Assembly: GCF_009914755.1 (NCBI RefSeq)
Contig: NC_060930.1
Strand: one strand, 5' to 3'
From: the human T2T-CHM13v2.0 reference genome, Homo sapiens
DNA length: 64,000 bases
The translations under genes were made by a program, and so were the position numbers. Below are positions 18,416-33,920 of the stretch, in pieces (positions within the stretch are counted from its first letter, which is position 1; the number at the start of each line of letters is the position of its first letter). The notes beneath the pieces are model-generated. The model had not been told where the DNA came from. It ran no database searches and saw only the letters and a list, made by a program, of their open reading frames with translations.

Positions 18416-19699
18416 CATTTTTTTAATTAATAAGATAAACCATTATCTAGACAAAGAAGAAAAGGGAGAAGATCCAAAAAAAAAACACACAATTAGAAAT
18501 GAAAAGGGGGATGTTACCACCAACCCCACAGAAATACAAATAACCATCAGAGACTACTATGAACACCTCTATGCACACAGGCTAGAAAACTAGAAGAAAT
18601 GGATGAATTCCTGGACATGTGTACCCTTCTAAGACTAAACCAGGAAGAAACTGAATTCCTGAATGCACCAATAACAATCTCCAAAATTGAATCAGTAATA
18701 AATCACCTACCAACCAATAAAAGCCCAGGACCAGACAGATTCACAGCCAAATTCTGCCAGATGTACAAAGAAGAACTGGTACCATTTCTACTGAAACTAT
18801 TCCCCATGATTGAGGAGGGAAGTCTCTCCAATTCATTCTATGAGGCCAGCATCATCCTGATACAAAAAACCTGGCAGAGACACAACAAAAAAAACTAAGA
18901 CTTCAGGCCAATATCCTTGATGAACATGGATGCAAAAATCCTCAACAAAATACTAGAAAACAAAATTCAGCAGCACATCAAAAAGCTAATCCACAACAAT
19001 CAAGTAGGCTTTACACCTGGGATGCATGGTTGGTTCAACAAATGCAAACCAAAAAAATGTGACTCATCATATAAACAGAACTAAAGACAGAAATCACATG
19101 ATTATTTTGATAGAGAAAAGTCTTTCAATAACATTGTAAATTGTACATCCCCTCATGTTAAAAACTTTAACTTTGTACAAATTAGAAAATGTCCATTTTC
19201 ATTACTTATAAAACATTATTATTATCTGTATATATTTGCTTAAAGATGGTTACCTCAAATAAAGGGGAAAAAAAGAAGTTTAATTACAGTCAGTTTTGAG
19301 TACCTGGGAAAAAACTAAAATTGCAAGGATGTCATGAATTACAGCAATAAACTCTGTCAAAGTTCATAAATTCAAAGGAAAAAATTAACTTTGAAAAAGC
19401 AAGGTTATAAGCAGTTCACTGGTGGTATTTTTTTTATTACACTTCATAATTTAAATTCTAAAAAAAAGATTAAGACTGTTAGGACAGCATAGAATTATGT
19501 CTGAGGAAAATCTATTTTGAAATTCAGCATGAAATTTTTATTTTAATTAGTATTAGCTCCAGAAAATTTAGCAATACCTTTGATAATGAGAGAAAAACAA
19601 ATCCTATTAAATTTTAAGAATGATCATATCCTTGAAGTATATGTCATGAAGAATGAATTTTATGAATTATGTTTAATGATGAGAACAAATGTCTATCAA

Positions 19700-21050
19700 T
19701 TTTGGGAATAGTGTTAAATACTCTTCTGCCATTGCTATTCAAATTTTTATTTCAGGATTCAGCTGAGATCCACAGATTACATTTGGTAGTTATATTTCTT
19801 AACCCCTTTCAATCTGTAGAAAATAAACTATCCTTCTCTCCCTCTTTTCCTGAAGATATTACATTTTTTAAATGAATATAGCCCAGTTACTTTGCATAAT
19901 GCTTAATCTTCTAGATTTATCTGATTTTTTATTCATTGAATTATTTAATTATCAAAATTTTAAAGAAATTCATTAGCTAGGCTTGATCAGGAATTGCATT
20001 TTGACTGGGAAATGCAAGCATAAAACCAGAAAGCATTTTCCACCAAAAGGGATCAAGACTCCTTTGAAAAAATGAAAACAAACAAACAAAAAAAGCTGGC
20101 TAATTGAAGTCTTGGCACTAAAAAAGTATAAAGTGAGACCGGAACATCTGAATAGGCTCTTACTAGCCAAATTTGGGGAAATTTGAGCATCAAAAATAAT
20201 AATAATTGCTATTAATTATAAAACATTGAATAAAAATCTATACATAGAAGAAGATGGATAAGAGTGAAGCACCTGATGTCTCTGCATGAACTCTAAAATT
20301 CAGAAAATTTTGATAGAAAATTCTGAGCTTTGATGGAAATGTAGCTGGATTAGAAGATTTGGTCCTTTTATGGCAGCCCATGTCTCCCACTGATTACAAC
20401 TATAAACTCTGGACAAAAAAAAAAAAAGAAAAAAAACTACTAGATAAATGTGAAAGGTAAACAAAAGTAGGTAGATTATGAAGGGGACTCAGTGTGAAGT
20501 AACCAGCACGGGGTGAGTTTCCTGCCTTTATTTTTTGTGTGTGTGTGGTGGAACAGTGCCTAAAACTCCAGTGGAAACCCCTGCCATATTAATGGCCAGA
20601 GTAATTATTAGAAAGGGACAAATATGAGGGAAAAATCTTGTCAGAGGAAGAGCTCTTTCCCTGAATTTTCTTTAATTTTGAATATAAACACTTACAAGTC
20701 TCAGTCCTACCCCTGAAGTATGCATGCTTAAGACTGACCGCTTTAAATGCAAAGCGAAACACAGGGAATTAGAATTTGAATCACCACATATAGAAGGTGA
20801 AATAGCAATTGCAACTGGATCCTAACTGTGTTGATTATTTGTTAAAACAAGAACACTGATATACTCTAAAATATTGTAGCAAAGCCCATAATCTACAATA
20901 TGACATTCACTGTCATATTGGCCAGATATAGTCCAAGTTACTTGACATACAAGGAATCAGGAAAATGTGACACACTCTCAAGGGAAGGACATCAGGGTAA
21001 CACATTTATTGGGGTTATTAGACAAAGTCTTTAAAGGTGTTATGATAACT
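19700..21050. mobile_element. Ancient L1M fragments (3'UTR pieces in both orientations; 5' end of an L1M on + that resumes at 23018-24200)
   Basis: Degenerate L1MC/ME-type motifs; ORF1-like sequence resumes after the L1PB insertion. Confidence 0.5.
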
Positions 21051-22570
21051 GAAGACCGAGGGATCATGCTGAATGGCAGGCAGGACTAGATTGCAGCTCC
21101 CATGTGGATGGACACAGCAGTGTGTGGAGACTCACTCACATCATAAACTTGTGCCCCAGAACTACTTCAGGAATAAAGCAGGAAAGATGAGAGAACCCAC
21201 AGACCCTCTGAAAGAAGCAGATTGCCCCTGCAGGATCCAGGAGAAACTCTAAATACTGCGAGCGCCCAAGCTGTGCAAGTGGGAAAGGGGGATCGTCCGT
21301 CCCTAAACACACATCCCCAATGAGGAACATGAAGGAGTAGATCATGGGAGAAGATTCTGAGCTTACCTGGACCTGAGTCAATTTAGAGAGCCAAGAGAAA
21401 TACAGGTGCAGAGGAAACAGTGGGAAAAGCCCCGTGGACTCTCTGGGTTCCCTGGGAAGCCATTTCTGCCTTGTCTCATAGGGGTCCTTGGGGTCCTACC
21501 AAGGTCTGGTAGCCCTTGGGGAAGGCTACAAGAAGTACTGGGAAAAGACGGCAGGAAGAAGAAAAACTCCAGCTGGTATAAAAATAGGCACATAGACCAA
21601 TGGAACACAAGAGAGAACCCAGAAATAAACCCAAATACTTACAGCCAACTGATCATTGAAAAAGCAAACAAAAACCTAAAGTGGGGAAAGGACACCCTAT
21701 TCAACAAATGGTTCTGGGATAATTGGCAAGGCACATGTAGGAGAATGAAACTGGATCTTCATCTCTCACCTTATACAAAAATCAACTCAAGGACTTCAAT
21801 ATGACACCTGAGACCTAAAACTATAAAAATTATAGAAGATAACATCGAAAAAAAAAAAAAACCCTTCAAGACATTGGCTTAAGCAAGGATTTCCTGACCA
21901 AGAACCCAAAAGCAAATGCAAGAAAAACAAAGATAAATAGCTAGGACTTAATAAAACTAAAGAGCTTTTGCATGGCAAAAGGAACAGTCCACAGAGTAAA
22001 CAGACAACCCACAGAGTGGGAGAAAATCTTCACAATTTATTTATCTGACAAAGGACTAATATCCAGAGTCTACAACAAACACAAAAAATTTAGCAAGAAA
22101 AAAACAAACAATCCCATCAAAAGTGGACTAAGGATAGGAATAGACGTTTTCAAAAGCAGTGTACAAATGGCAAACAAACATATGAAAAAATGCTTAACAT
22201 CACTAAGGATCAGGGACATGCAAAGCAAAACCACAATGCGATACGACCTTACTCCTCCAAGAATGTCCATCATCAAAAAATTGGAAAATAATAGATGTTG
22301 GCGGGGACACAGAGAAAAGGGAACACTTCTACGTGGCTGGTGGGAATGTAAACCAGTAAAACCACTATGGAAAACAGTGTAGAAATTCCTTAAAGAACTA
22401 AAAGTAGAACTACCATTTGACCCAGCAATTCCACTACTGGGTATCTAACCAGAGGAAAATTAAGTCATTATACAAAGGAGATACTTGTTCACACATGTTT
22501 ATAGCAGCACAATTTGCAATTGCAAAAATATGGAACCAACCCAAATGCCCATCAATCAAGTGGATATATA

Positions 22571-22636
<66 letters not shown>

Positions 22637-22997
22637 AATACTACTCAGCCATAAAAAGGAATGAATTAATGGCATTCACAGCAACCTGGATGGAATTGGA
22701 GACAATTATTCTAAGTGAAGTAACTCAGGAATGGAAAACCAAACATTGTATGTTCTCGCTCATAAGTGGGAGCTAAGCTATGAGGAAACACGGGCATAAA
22801 AATGATACAATGGATTTTGGGGACTCAGGGGGAAAGGGTGAGAAGGGGGTAAGGGATAAAAGACTACAAATTGGGTTCAGTGTATACTGCTTGGGAGATG
22901 GGTGCACCAAAATCTCACAAATCACCACTAAAGAACTTACTCATGTAACCAAATACCACCTGTTTTCCAAAAACCTATGGAAATCAAAATTTTTTTA
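21051..22997 (+). mobile_element. Internally deleted L1PB (5'UTR fused to the ORF2 3' end and 3'UTR)
   Basis: Junction at ccagctg|gtataaaaatagg (about 21573-21575); degenerate TSD at 21032-21050 and 22998-23017. Confidence 0.85.
22563..22631. repeat. (TG)n(TA)n microsatellite
   Basis: Seen directly. Confidence 0.95.
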
Positions 22998-23290
22998 TAA
23001 ATGGTATTATGGGAACTATGCTCCAAGAAATTAAAAAAAGAAAAAAACACACTAGAAATAAAGGAAAACAGGAAATCTTAGTGGAGAAATAAAAATTATG
23101 TAAAACAACAAAAGGAAATTTTAGAGCTAAAAAATTAATATCTGAATGAATGAAATGAATTAGATAACCTGAATAACAGAGTGCAGATAAGGTAGCAATA
23201 AACTCATGAACTTGCAGATTAAATAGAAATTACCCAGAAGAACAGACAGAAGAAAAGTTTTTAAATGAATAGAGCCTAAGAGACCTGTAG

Positions 23291-23660
<370 letters not shown>

Positions 23661-24364
23661 AGAAGACAAATATTTTAAATAGGCAACAAATTCCCAAATC
23701 CTATGAAAGACATTTACAGACTAAGAAGATTAGCAAACTTTAAATAAAATTAATTATTTTTATTGTCTGGAAACACCATAATCAAACTACTGAAATTCAA
23801 AGCTGAAGAAAAAGTCCTGAAAGTAGCTACAGAAAAGCAACACATAACACACAAGGGAACAACAATTTGTATTTCTCAGATCTCTCATCAGAAACCACAG
23901 AGGCTATAAAACAATAGAACAACATCTCAATAAGTTGCTGAAGGAAAATAAAATTTCATTTCCAGTGACAATATCCTTTATGAATAAAGGCAAAATAAAG
24001 ATAGTTAAGATAAAGAAAACATTAAGAGAATTAATCACCAACAGATCTACTCTATAAGAAAAACCAAAGGACATCTTCAGGATGAAGACAAGTAATACCA
24101 GAGGGAAACCAAGCTCTTCACAAATAAAAGAACATCAGAAATGGCTAATATCTGGGTATAAGATTGTTTTCCTGTTAAAGTTCTTTTTAAGATATATATT
24201 TGTTTAAAATACTTAAACAATTTTATTTTTATCCTAGTTGAGAGAGCTTTAAAGGACATTTTTTAGACAACTGGAGAAATTTGAATATGGACTGGATAGT
24301 AGATAATATTGAATTACTTTTAATTTTTGTATAGGATAATAATATTGTGATTGGAGAATGCCCC

Positions 24365-24483
24365 TATATATACATATATATGCCATATATATATATGCCT
24401 ACATATATATATATGCCATATATATATATGCCTACATATATATATGCCAACATATATATATGCCAACATATATATATATATGC

Positions 24484-24528
<45 letters not shown>
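24365..24528. repeat. (TA)n-TGCC(TAC/AAC) compound minisatellite inside an L1M 3'UTR fragment
   Basis: Seven tatgcc-anchored units followed by pure (TA)n. Confidence 0.9.
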
Positions 24529-24533
<5 letters not shown>

Positions 24534-24789
24534 AAGTGTTAAGGGATATAAGAAAGACAGCATGTGTAAATGTGGCATGTTAATAATTGGTGCAATTAAG
24601 GACATAAGGGTGTTTATTGTCCTGATTTTTTACTTTTTCAAAATAAATAGTTGTGGTGGAAACTAACCCTTTGATGGATTTCTAACACACATTGACTAAA
24701 ATTTTGGAAAAGTGTGAGGAAATGAACTCAATATATTTGACAATTTTGAAGATTTCCACTTAACCTACAAATTATTAAATGAGGAGAGT

Positions 24790-25700
24790 GAGCCAAGGTA
24801 AGCATAAAAGGGCAGGTAGCAATTGGAATCTAAGATAAGCATTTTAGAAACATTTTTTATAAGTGTGATGTGAAGGCACTAGAAAAACTTAAGTAGTGGA
24901 GTGACATGTCCTAATTCACCTTCTAAGAAAATCACTTTGGTTATTTGGAAAACAGTGAATTTGTAGGGGTAAGATTAGAACCAATCAGATTGTCTAGAAT
25001 GTTATTGAATCAGCGTAAGAAAGCAATAATGGCAGCTAGGGTGAGGCTGCTTATCTTAGAGATGGAGCAAATTGTTCTGACCAAAGGGGTATTTTAGACA
25101 TAAAGTGACAGTACTTTCTAATGAATTAATTATATTAGGGTAAAATCAAAGGAGAATAATCAAGAATAATGCTGAGCAGTTGAGTGGAAAGGGGAGCCAG
25201 TGACTGAGATGGTGTAGTCTGTCAGAGCACTAGTTTAAGATGGCCAAAGAAGAGTTTGATTTTAGCCATGTTATTTTTCAGATGTATATTAAAGATCTAA
25301 GTGAAAAGGTCAAGTGGCAGTTCATATATCAAACTGGAGTTCTGGGGAGGACTAGGACAATGATATTTGGCAGATGCTGCTACACAGATGATACCATAGT
25401 CATAGGACTGTATACAATTATTCAGAAATATGCAGTAGATACATAAAAGAAAGAGACTGAGAAGTCGTCTCAGGTGGGAGAAAACCATAAAAGGTTGTGT
25501 CATACATGCCAATGGAAAAAAGAGGAAGTGGTCAGCTGATAAAATGCTACTAAAAGATCAGGAAAGTTAAGAGCAGAGAAATGTCTCCTAATGAGGCAAA
25601 CTTATTGCTATTTCTACTCTTTTCAATGAGGTCTTAGAGTGGTGATGACAGAAGTCTGAAAGGGACAGATAAAATAATATCAGATGAGAAATTGGGGGCA
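24790..25700 (-). mobile_element. L2 fragment
   Basis: Degenerate L2 3' region motifs. Confidence 0.6.
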
Positions 25701-25976
25701 AAAAGGACAGTGCCTAGAGTAGCAGGTGGAATTCCCGTTGCAATTACAAAAATCCCAAATCTCTTCCAATGGCCTATCAGGCCTTACATGGTCTACAGTC
25801 CTGGTATCATTTGTCTCTGTGTCCCAACCCAAATCTTATCGCAAACTGTAATCCCCATGTGTTGATGGAGAGACCTGCTGGGAGGTAATTAGATCATGGA
25901 AGAGGCTTCCTCCATGCTGTTTTCATGATAGTGAGTTCTCACAAAATCTGATGGTTTTAAAAGTGTGGCACTTCCA

Positions 25977-26697
<721 letters not shown>

Positions 26698-27720
26698 CTA
26701 TGAGTCAATTAAACCTCTTCTGTGTAGAAATTACCCAGTCTCAGGTAGTATATTTATAGCAGTATGACAATGGACTAACACAGAGAATTGGTAGGGAGTG
26801 GGGAACTGCTATAAACTGAAAATGTGGAAGTGACTTTGGAACTAGGTAGCAGGCAGAGGTTGGAACACTGTGGAGGGCTCAGAAAAAGACAAGAAGATGT
26901 GCAAAAGTCTGAAACTTCCAAGGGACTTGTTGAATGGTTTTGACCAAAATGATAATAGTGATATGGATGATAAAATCTAGGCTTAGGTGGTCTCAGATGG
27001 AGATGAGGAACTTGTTGGGAACTGGAGCAAAGGTTACTCATGCTATGCTTTAGCAAAGAGACTGGTGGCATTTTGCCCCTGCCCCAGAGATCTGTGGAAC
27101 TTTGAACTTGAGAGAGATGATTTAGGGTATCTGGCAGAAGAAATTTCTAAGCAGAAAAACATTCAAGAGGTGACCTGGCTTATTCTGAAAGCATTCAGTT
27201 ATATTTGTTCACAAATAGATGGCTTGAAATTGGAACGTATGTATAAAAGGGAAACAGAGCATAAAGGTTTGGAAAACTTGCAGCCTGACCATGTGGTAGA
27301 AAAGAAAAACCCATTTTCTGGGGAAGAATTCAAGCCTGCTGCAGAAATTTGCCTAAGTAACAAGGAGCTGAATGTTAATAGCCAAGATCATGGGGTTTCC
27401 AGGGCATGTCAGAGACCTTCACAGCAGCCTCTCCCATCACAGGCCTAGAGGCTGAGAAGGGAAAAATAATTTTGTGAGTCAGGTCCAGGGCCCAGCTGCT
27501 CTGTGCAGCCTCAGGACTTGGTGTCCTGTGTCCCTGTCACTCCAGCTCTGGCCATGGTTAAAATGGGCCAATGTACTGCAGGCTGTTACTTCAAAGGGTG
27601 CAAGCCCCAGGCCTTGGTGACTTCCATGTGGTGTTGGGTCAGCAGGTGCACAGAAGTTAATAATTGAGGTTTTGGAACCTCCCCCCTAGATTTCAGAGGA
27701 TGTATGAAAATAGCTGGATG

Positions 27721-28322
<602 letters not shown>

Positions 28323-29511
28323 CTACTCCTTGTATTAGCATGCCCTGGATGTGAGACATGGAGTCAAAGGAAATTTCGGAGCTTTAATATTTAATGGCTG
28401 CCCAGCTGGATTTCAGACTTGCATGTGGGCTGTGGCCCCTTTGTTTTGGCCAATTTCTCCCATTTGGAATTAGAACATTTACCAATTCCCATACCCCTAT
28501 TATATCTTGGAAGTGACTAACTTGCTTTTGCTTTTACAGGTTCATAGGCAGAAGGACTTGCCTTGTCTCAGATGAGACTTTGGACTTGTACTTTTGGCTT
28601 AATGCTGGAATGAGTTAAGAATTTGGAAGACTGTTGGGAAGGCATGATTGGCTTTGAAATGTGAAAAGTACATAAGATTTTGGAGGGGTCAGGCAGAATG
28701 ACATGGTTTGGCTGTGTCCCTACCCAAATCTCATCTCGAATTGTAATCCCCATGTGTAAAGGGAGAGACCTTGTGAGAGGTGATTGGATTATGGGGGTGG
28801 TTTCCTCCATGCTGTTCTCATGATAGTGGATGTGGTTGCATGAGATCTGATGGTTTTAAAAGTGGCAGTTTCACCTGTACTTTCTTGCTGTCTTCTGCTG
28901 CCTTGTGAATATGTGCCTTGCTTCCCCTTCACCTTACAACATGATTGCAAGTTTCCTGCGGCCTTACCAACCATGCAGAACAGTAAGTCAATTAAACCTG
29001 TTTTCTTTATGAATTACCCAGTCTCAGGTAGTATCTTTATGGCAGTATGAGAAGAGACTAATACAACACCCACTCCCACTTTCATTTACTACTTTTCAGC
29101 AAAAACTATGTTATCTCTGCCTCTCCAAATCTTCAAAAAACTTTTTTTCCTTTCTATTATAAGGCCTGTGCACTTGTTTTTCTGCTGTTTCTTTTGCTTG
29201 GAATGCTTTTTTAACCAACTCCACTTAACTGGCTTTCTTTTACAGTCATTACTAACTCAGCTCAAAAGTCATCTCCAAGAAGGCACTATCTAGCCTTCAC
29301 ACTTAAAATGGCTCACAGCCAACTTATCCATTAACCTATTTTTCTTCTTTGCAACACATATCACTATGTAAAACCGATGCATTTATCTGTCTTTCTACCA
29401 ATAATGGATGGTACATTTTACAACAGCAACAGTGTTGTCTATGCTGTTTACCCTGGATCCTCAGTCCCTGGCACATAATAAAAAGTCAATTAATAATGTT
29501 GAATAAATTAG

Positions 29512-29649
29512 TCATGGAAGCAAATGCGAATCAACCATTAAATGCAACTGTTTTCTTCAAATATGAAGATATCAGAAAAATATTCAGAGCATTCAAGAAC
29601 TCAGGAAAAGCAGCACTTTTCCTGAGTAGTACTCCTTTGGAACATGAAA
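29512..29649 (+). pseudogene. Exon remnant, AAA3 lid (NQPLNATVFFKYEDIRKIFRAF...VVLLWxHE)
   Basis: Matches recalled [50 protein letters not shown] GAA (29626-29648) lacks one base; donor degenerate (gcaagc). Confidence 0.65.
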
Positions 29650-29881
29650 GCAAGCAAGCAAACAAATAAATAAAAATGACAATCAAAGGGAAACAAACAA
29701 AAGATAAATCCAACGAGGAACTCTAAAATGGAGAAGCCATAGTAAAATGGATTCATGGTGTATTTTAGGTTAGTACAAAACAATTGTAGAAATGGTAGCT
29801 ACACAGAGACTATAAATTCTACATGTCTTAGAATTGTAAAATTTAAAATATATCAAAATCAGAGTGTATTCTGATTATTAG

Positions 29882-29931
29882 GGAAAACCAGAGGAAGCTT
29901 AAATGAGGTACTTCCTCATCTTTACAAGATG
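29882..29931 (+). pseudogene. Candidate 50-nt exon (KTRGSLNEVLPHLYKM, or ENQRKLK* in another frame)
   Basis: tag acceptor and ATG|gtaatc donor; lies at the expected position; peptide similarity ambiguous. Confidence 0.35.
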
Positions 29932-30649
29932 GTAATCAACCAATTTTGTCTTGCTGAAATTTATAGCTTTAAAATAGTCACCAACCTTTAAGTTTTTCAT
30001 AATGTTTTCAATTAGTTTTGGAAGAATCCTCTGAGATTAATTACCTTTTGTTGAAAGGAAAAAATTATTTGAAGTTTAGCAATTCCTTTACTAGCTTTCT
30101 TTGGTTAAATTTTTTTAAATCAGCATTTTTTTTTATTGAAAAGGAATGTATCTTGTGATTCTGTTTTCCTTAAAGTATATATTATATTTTATATGATGTG
30201 TTATTTGTTATACATCATATCTAATATCTATCTATATATATATAGACAGAAATATTTCTTGGATATTTATCACAAACATATCATTTTCATAAAATAGTAA
30301 AGCCAAAATATATCTGGAGGTGGTCTCAGAAGGCCTACAGGATACACAAAGGTCTTTGGCCAGCTCCAGGCCACCTAGAGCTGTTTGTTGTCTGCCCTGG
30401 GACTTCCCGGGGGTCTTGGCATGCAAGGAAATGATGAGGGCATAGAGCGGCTGCTACAAAGGTGTATGAGCCAGGCTGCTCGTTAACTCCAAGCCTACTT
30501 CCAGAAAGACCTCTGCTCTTTGAACACTTAAGATAGAATCCCTTACTGGGCCAATTAAAAAAAAGGAACATAATTTTTTTGAAAATAATTAGGAGATCGT
30601 TGGAGATATTGGTGGTTTGGATTTTGTAGACAATCAGATGAAACATCTC

Positions 30650-30955
30650 TTTTTTTTTTTTTTTTTTTTTTTGAGAAGGAGTCTTGCTCTGTTGCCCAGG
30701 CTGGATTGCAGTGATGCCTTCTTGGCTGAATGCAACCCCTGTCCCCCAAGTTCAAGCAATTCTCCTGCCTCAGCTTCTAGAACAGCTGGGATTATAGGTG
30801 TGTACCACCACACCCAGCTAATTTTTGTGTTTTTTAGTAGAGATGGGGTTTCACCATGTTGGCCAGGCTGGTCTCCAACTCCTGACCTCAGGTGATCCAC
30901 CACCCTCGGCCTCCCAAAGTGCTGGCATTACAGGTGTGAGCCACCACACAGGGCC
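30650..30955 (-). mobile_element. AluS
   Basis: Full dimer with poly-T; degenerate TSD. Confidence 0.95.
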
Positions 30956-31088
30956 CAAATACCTCTTTTTAAAAGCCAAATGCTTTTTACTTAAAGAATT
31001 TTATAAGTATTTTTATTCTTTCTAACTGGTTTGACAATATTTTTTTAAATATTACCTAATTATTTGGAAATATAAAAAAGTATTTATT

Positions 31089-31405
31089 GGCTTGGCATGG
31101 TGGCTCACACCCAAAGTAATCCCAGCAGTTTGGGAGCCTTAGTTGGGAGGATTGCTGGAATCCAGGAGTTCAAACCAGCCCTGGTAACATAGCAAGACCC
31201 TATCTCTACCAAAAATAATAATAAATAAATAAATTATCTAGGTGTGATGATGCATGCCTGTAGTCCCCGCTACTCAGGAGTCTGAGGTGTGAGGATCTCT
31301 TGAGCCCAGGAATTTAAGGCTGCAGTGAGCTACGATCATGCTGCTATGCTCCAGCTATAGCAACAGAGAGAGGCCCTGTTTCAAGAAATAAAATTAAATT
31401 AAAAA
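31089..31405 (+). mobile_element. AluJ
   Basis: J-type ggaggattgct and ttgagcccagg motifs. Confidence 0.9.
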
Positions 31406-31406
31406 T

Positions 31407-32646
31407 TGTTTTTTCATATCCTTTACCCACTTTTTGATGGGGTTGTTTTTTCTTGTAAATTTGTTTAAGTTCTTTGTAGATTCTGAATATTAGCCCTTTG
31501 TAAGATTGATAGATTGCAAAAATTTTCTCCCATTCTGTAGGTTGCCTGTTCACTCTGATGATAGTTTCTTTTGCTGTGCAGAAGCTCTTTAGTAAGTAGA
31601 TCCCATTTGTCTATTTTGGCTTTTGTTACCATTGCTTTTGGTGTTTTAGTCATAAAGTGTTTGCCCATGCCTATGTCCTGAATGGTATTGCCTAGGTTTT
31701 CTTCTAGGGTTTTAGGTTTTACATTTAAGTCTTTAATCCACCTTGAATTAATTTTTGTATAAGGTGTAAGGAAGGGATCCACTTTCAGCTTTCTGCATAT
31801 GGCTAGCCATTTTTCCTAGCACCATTTATTAAATAGGGATTCCTTTCCCCGTTGCTTGTTTTTAATCAGGTTTGTCAAATATCAGATGATTGTAGATGTG
31901 TGGTGTTATTTCTGAGGCCTCTGTTCTGTTCCCTGGGTCTATATATCTGTTTTGGTACCAGTACCAGGCTGTTTTGGTTACTATAGCCTTGTAGTGTAGT
32001 TTGAAGTCAGGTAGCGTGATGCCTCCAGCTTTGTTCTTTTTGCTTAGGATTGTCTTGGCTATGCAGGCTCTTTTTGGGTTCCATATGAAATTTAAAATTG
32101 TTTTTTCCAATTCTGTGAAGAAAGTCAGTGGTAGCTTGATGGGGATAGCATTGAATATATAAATTACTTTGGGCATTATGGCCATTTCATGATATTGATT
32201 CTTTCTATCCATGAGTATGGAATGTTTTTCCATTTCTTTGTGTCCTATTTTATTTCCTTGAGCAGTGGTTTGTAGTTCTCATATACACCATGAAATACTA
32301 TGCAGCCATAAAAAAGGATTAGTTCATGTCCTTTGCAGGGACATGGATGAAGCTGGAAACCATCATTCTCAGCAAAGTAACACAAGAACAGAAAACCAAA
32401 CACCACATGTACTCACTCATAAGTGTGAGTTGAACAATGAGAACACGGGGACACAGGGAGGGGAACATCACACACTGGGGCCTGTTGTAAGGGCGGGAGG
32501 GCTGGAGAGGATAGCATTAGGAGAAATACCTAATGTAGATGACAGGTTGAGGGGTGCAGCAATCCATCATGGCATGTGTATACCTATGTAACAAACCTGT
32601 ATGTTTTGAAAATGTATCCTAGAACTTAAAGTATAATGATAAAAAA
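31407..32646 (+). mobile_element. L1PA7/8-like element with 5' inversion
   Basis: 31407-32280 is ORF2 on minus; 32281-32646 is the 3'UTR plus A tail on plus. Confidence 0.9.
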
Positions 32647-33104
32647 GAATAGAGTATTATTTGCAATATGGAATAGTAACATGATTGTAATAAATAATAT
32701 TTTAATTGAAATTGTATTCCTTCCAAATAAAATATAATTGATTGCCCTATCAATTGTGCCTCCTTATGAGCCTCTAGCAAAAGAAGAAAATTTATCATCT
32801 ATTGAAAGAGAAGAAAATTGAAGTAGAAGGAAATAACCTTATATTAGGTCTCTCTCTTTTGTATTGGCCTTTATTATAAAATACTTGAGAAAAAAATCTG
32901 TGTTATTAAATGTATTTTTTACAATGATATCAAACACTACTGATTAAACAATATACTAGCTAAAAAAGAGAAATGTAGGAAGTTATAATGAGGGAGAGAA
33001 AGAGAGAGAAATTACACTGTTTCTACTCTGTATTCCATGAATAAGGGAACATTTTGTTCCTGATATGCATTTTAAAATCCCTCTGGCAATTGTTCTTTCA
33101 CGGG

Positions 33105-33185
33105 CAATCTACCAATATTCAAACATTTTATGGTCTTCAGTACTCTCCAAAAGATTCCTTTAAACCGCTGTGTTCTTCAAAAGAG
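33105..33185 (+). pseudogene. Exon remnant (QSTNIQTFYGLQYSPKDSFKPLCSSKE)
   Basis: Open frame; donor GAG|gttagc, phase 0; resembles recalled ILYGDFMSP..SYELI / YEPIES. Confidence 0.55.
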
Positions 33186-33369
33186 GTTAGCCCCTTCACA
33201 GTCCCCTGCTTTGCTCTGGATGCAGTTAAAACAAGATAAAGAGGAACAGAATTAGGATGACTGATCTGACACACCTATTAAAGCCAAACCAGATGGTCCC
33301 CCGCCTGCTTTGTAGCCCATGTTGTTCATCATCAGATTATCTTACTCTCATGTCTGAAATCTTTTTGTT

Positions 33370-33920
33370 TCTCATAAATTTTAGAATAAAGCAAATCCCT
33401 TACCATAGTCCACAGGACTCTACACCATCCAGCTCCTGACTACTTCTACATCATCTCTTTCTTACAGCCTGTTTCATTAGACCTCAAATGCCCTAGTTTT
33501 CTTCCTCTCCCACACATTTCCAATCTTGACTCCACCTCTGGGTGTTTACGCTGGGTGTTCCTGCCTCCGGGTGTTCACACTCTGCTTAAGAGCAGTTTCT
33601 CTCATATTTTCAGCAGCCTAACTGCTTTTCATATTTTAGGCTTTGGATTAGATAGATCTCCTCAAGGGTAACTTTCCTATCATTACATTTAAAGCACTGC
33701 CTCCTCCAGTCATTCTTTCCCCATATTCCACTCCTCATCTTTATTTTTGTGATAACTCTGAAAGCTATTTGAAATGTCATCATTTTTAATACCTGTCTAC
33801 CTGCTTTCTTTCTGCCTTCCCTCACTGGAATAGCAGCTCCATGAGAATAAAGACTGCCTATGTTGCTTATTTGGCATGTAGTGTGGGCTCGACAAATAAA
33901 TAAATGAATGAAAAATGAAA
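33370..33920 (+). mobile_element. L2 3' end
   Basis: Ends in a typical aaataaataaatgaatgaa tail. Confidence 0.7.

Noticed and set aside
21565-21585. Spliced L1 RNA origin of the L1PB deletion
   Set aside because: The junction shows microhomology, and I see no evidence of GT/AG boundaries.
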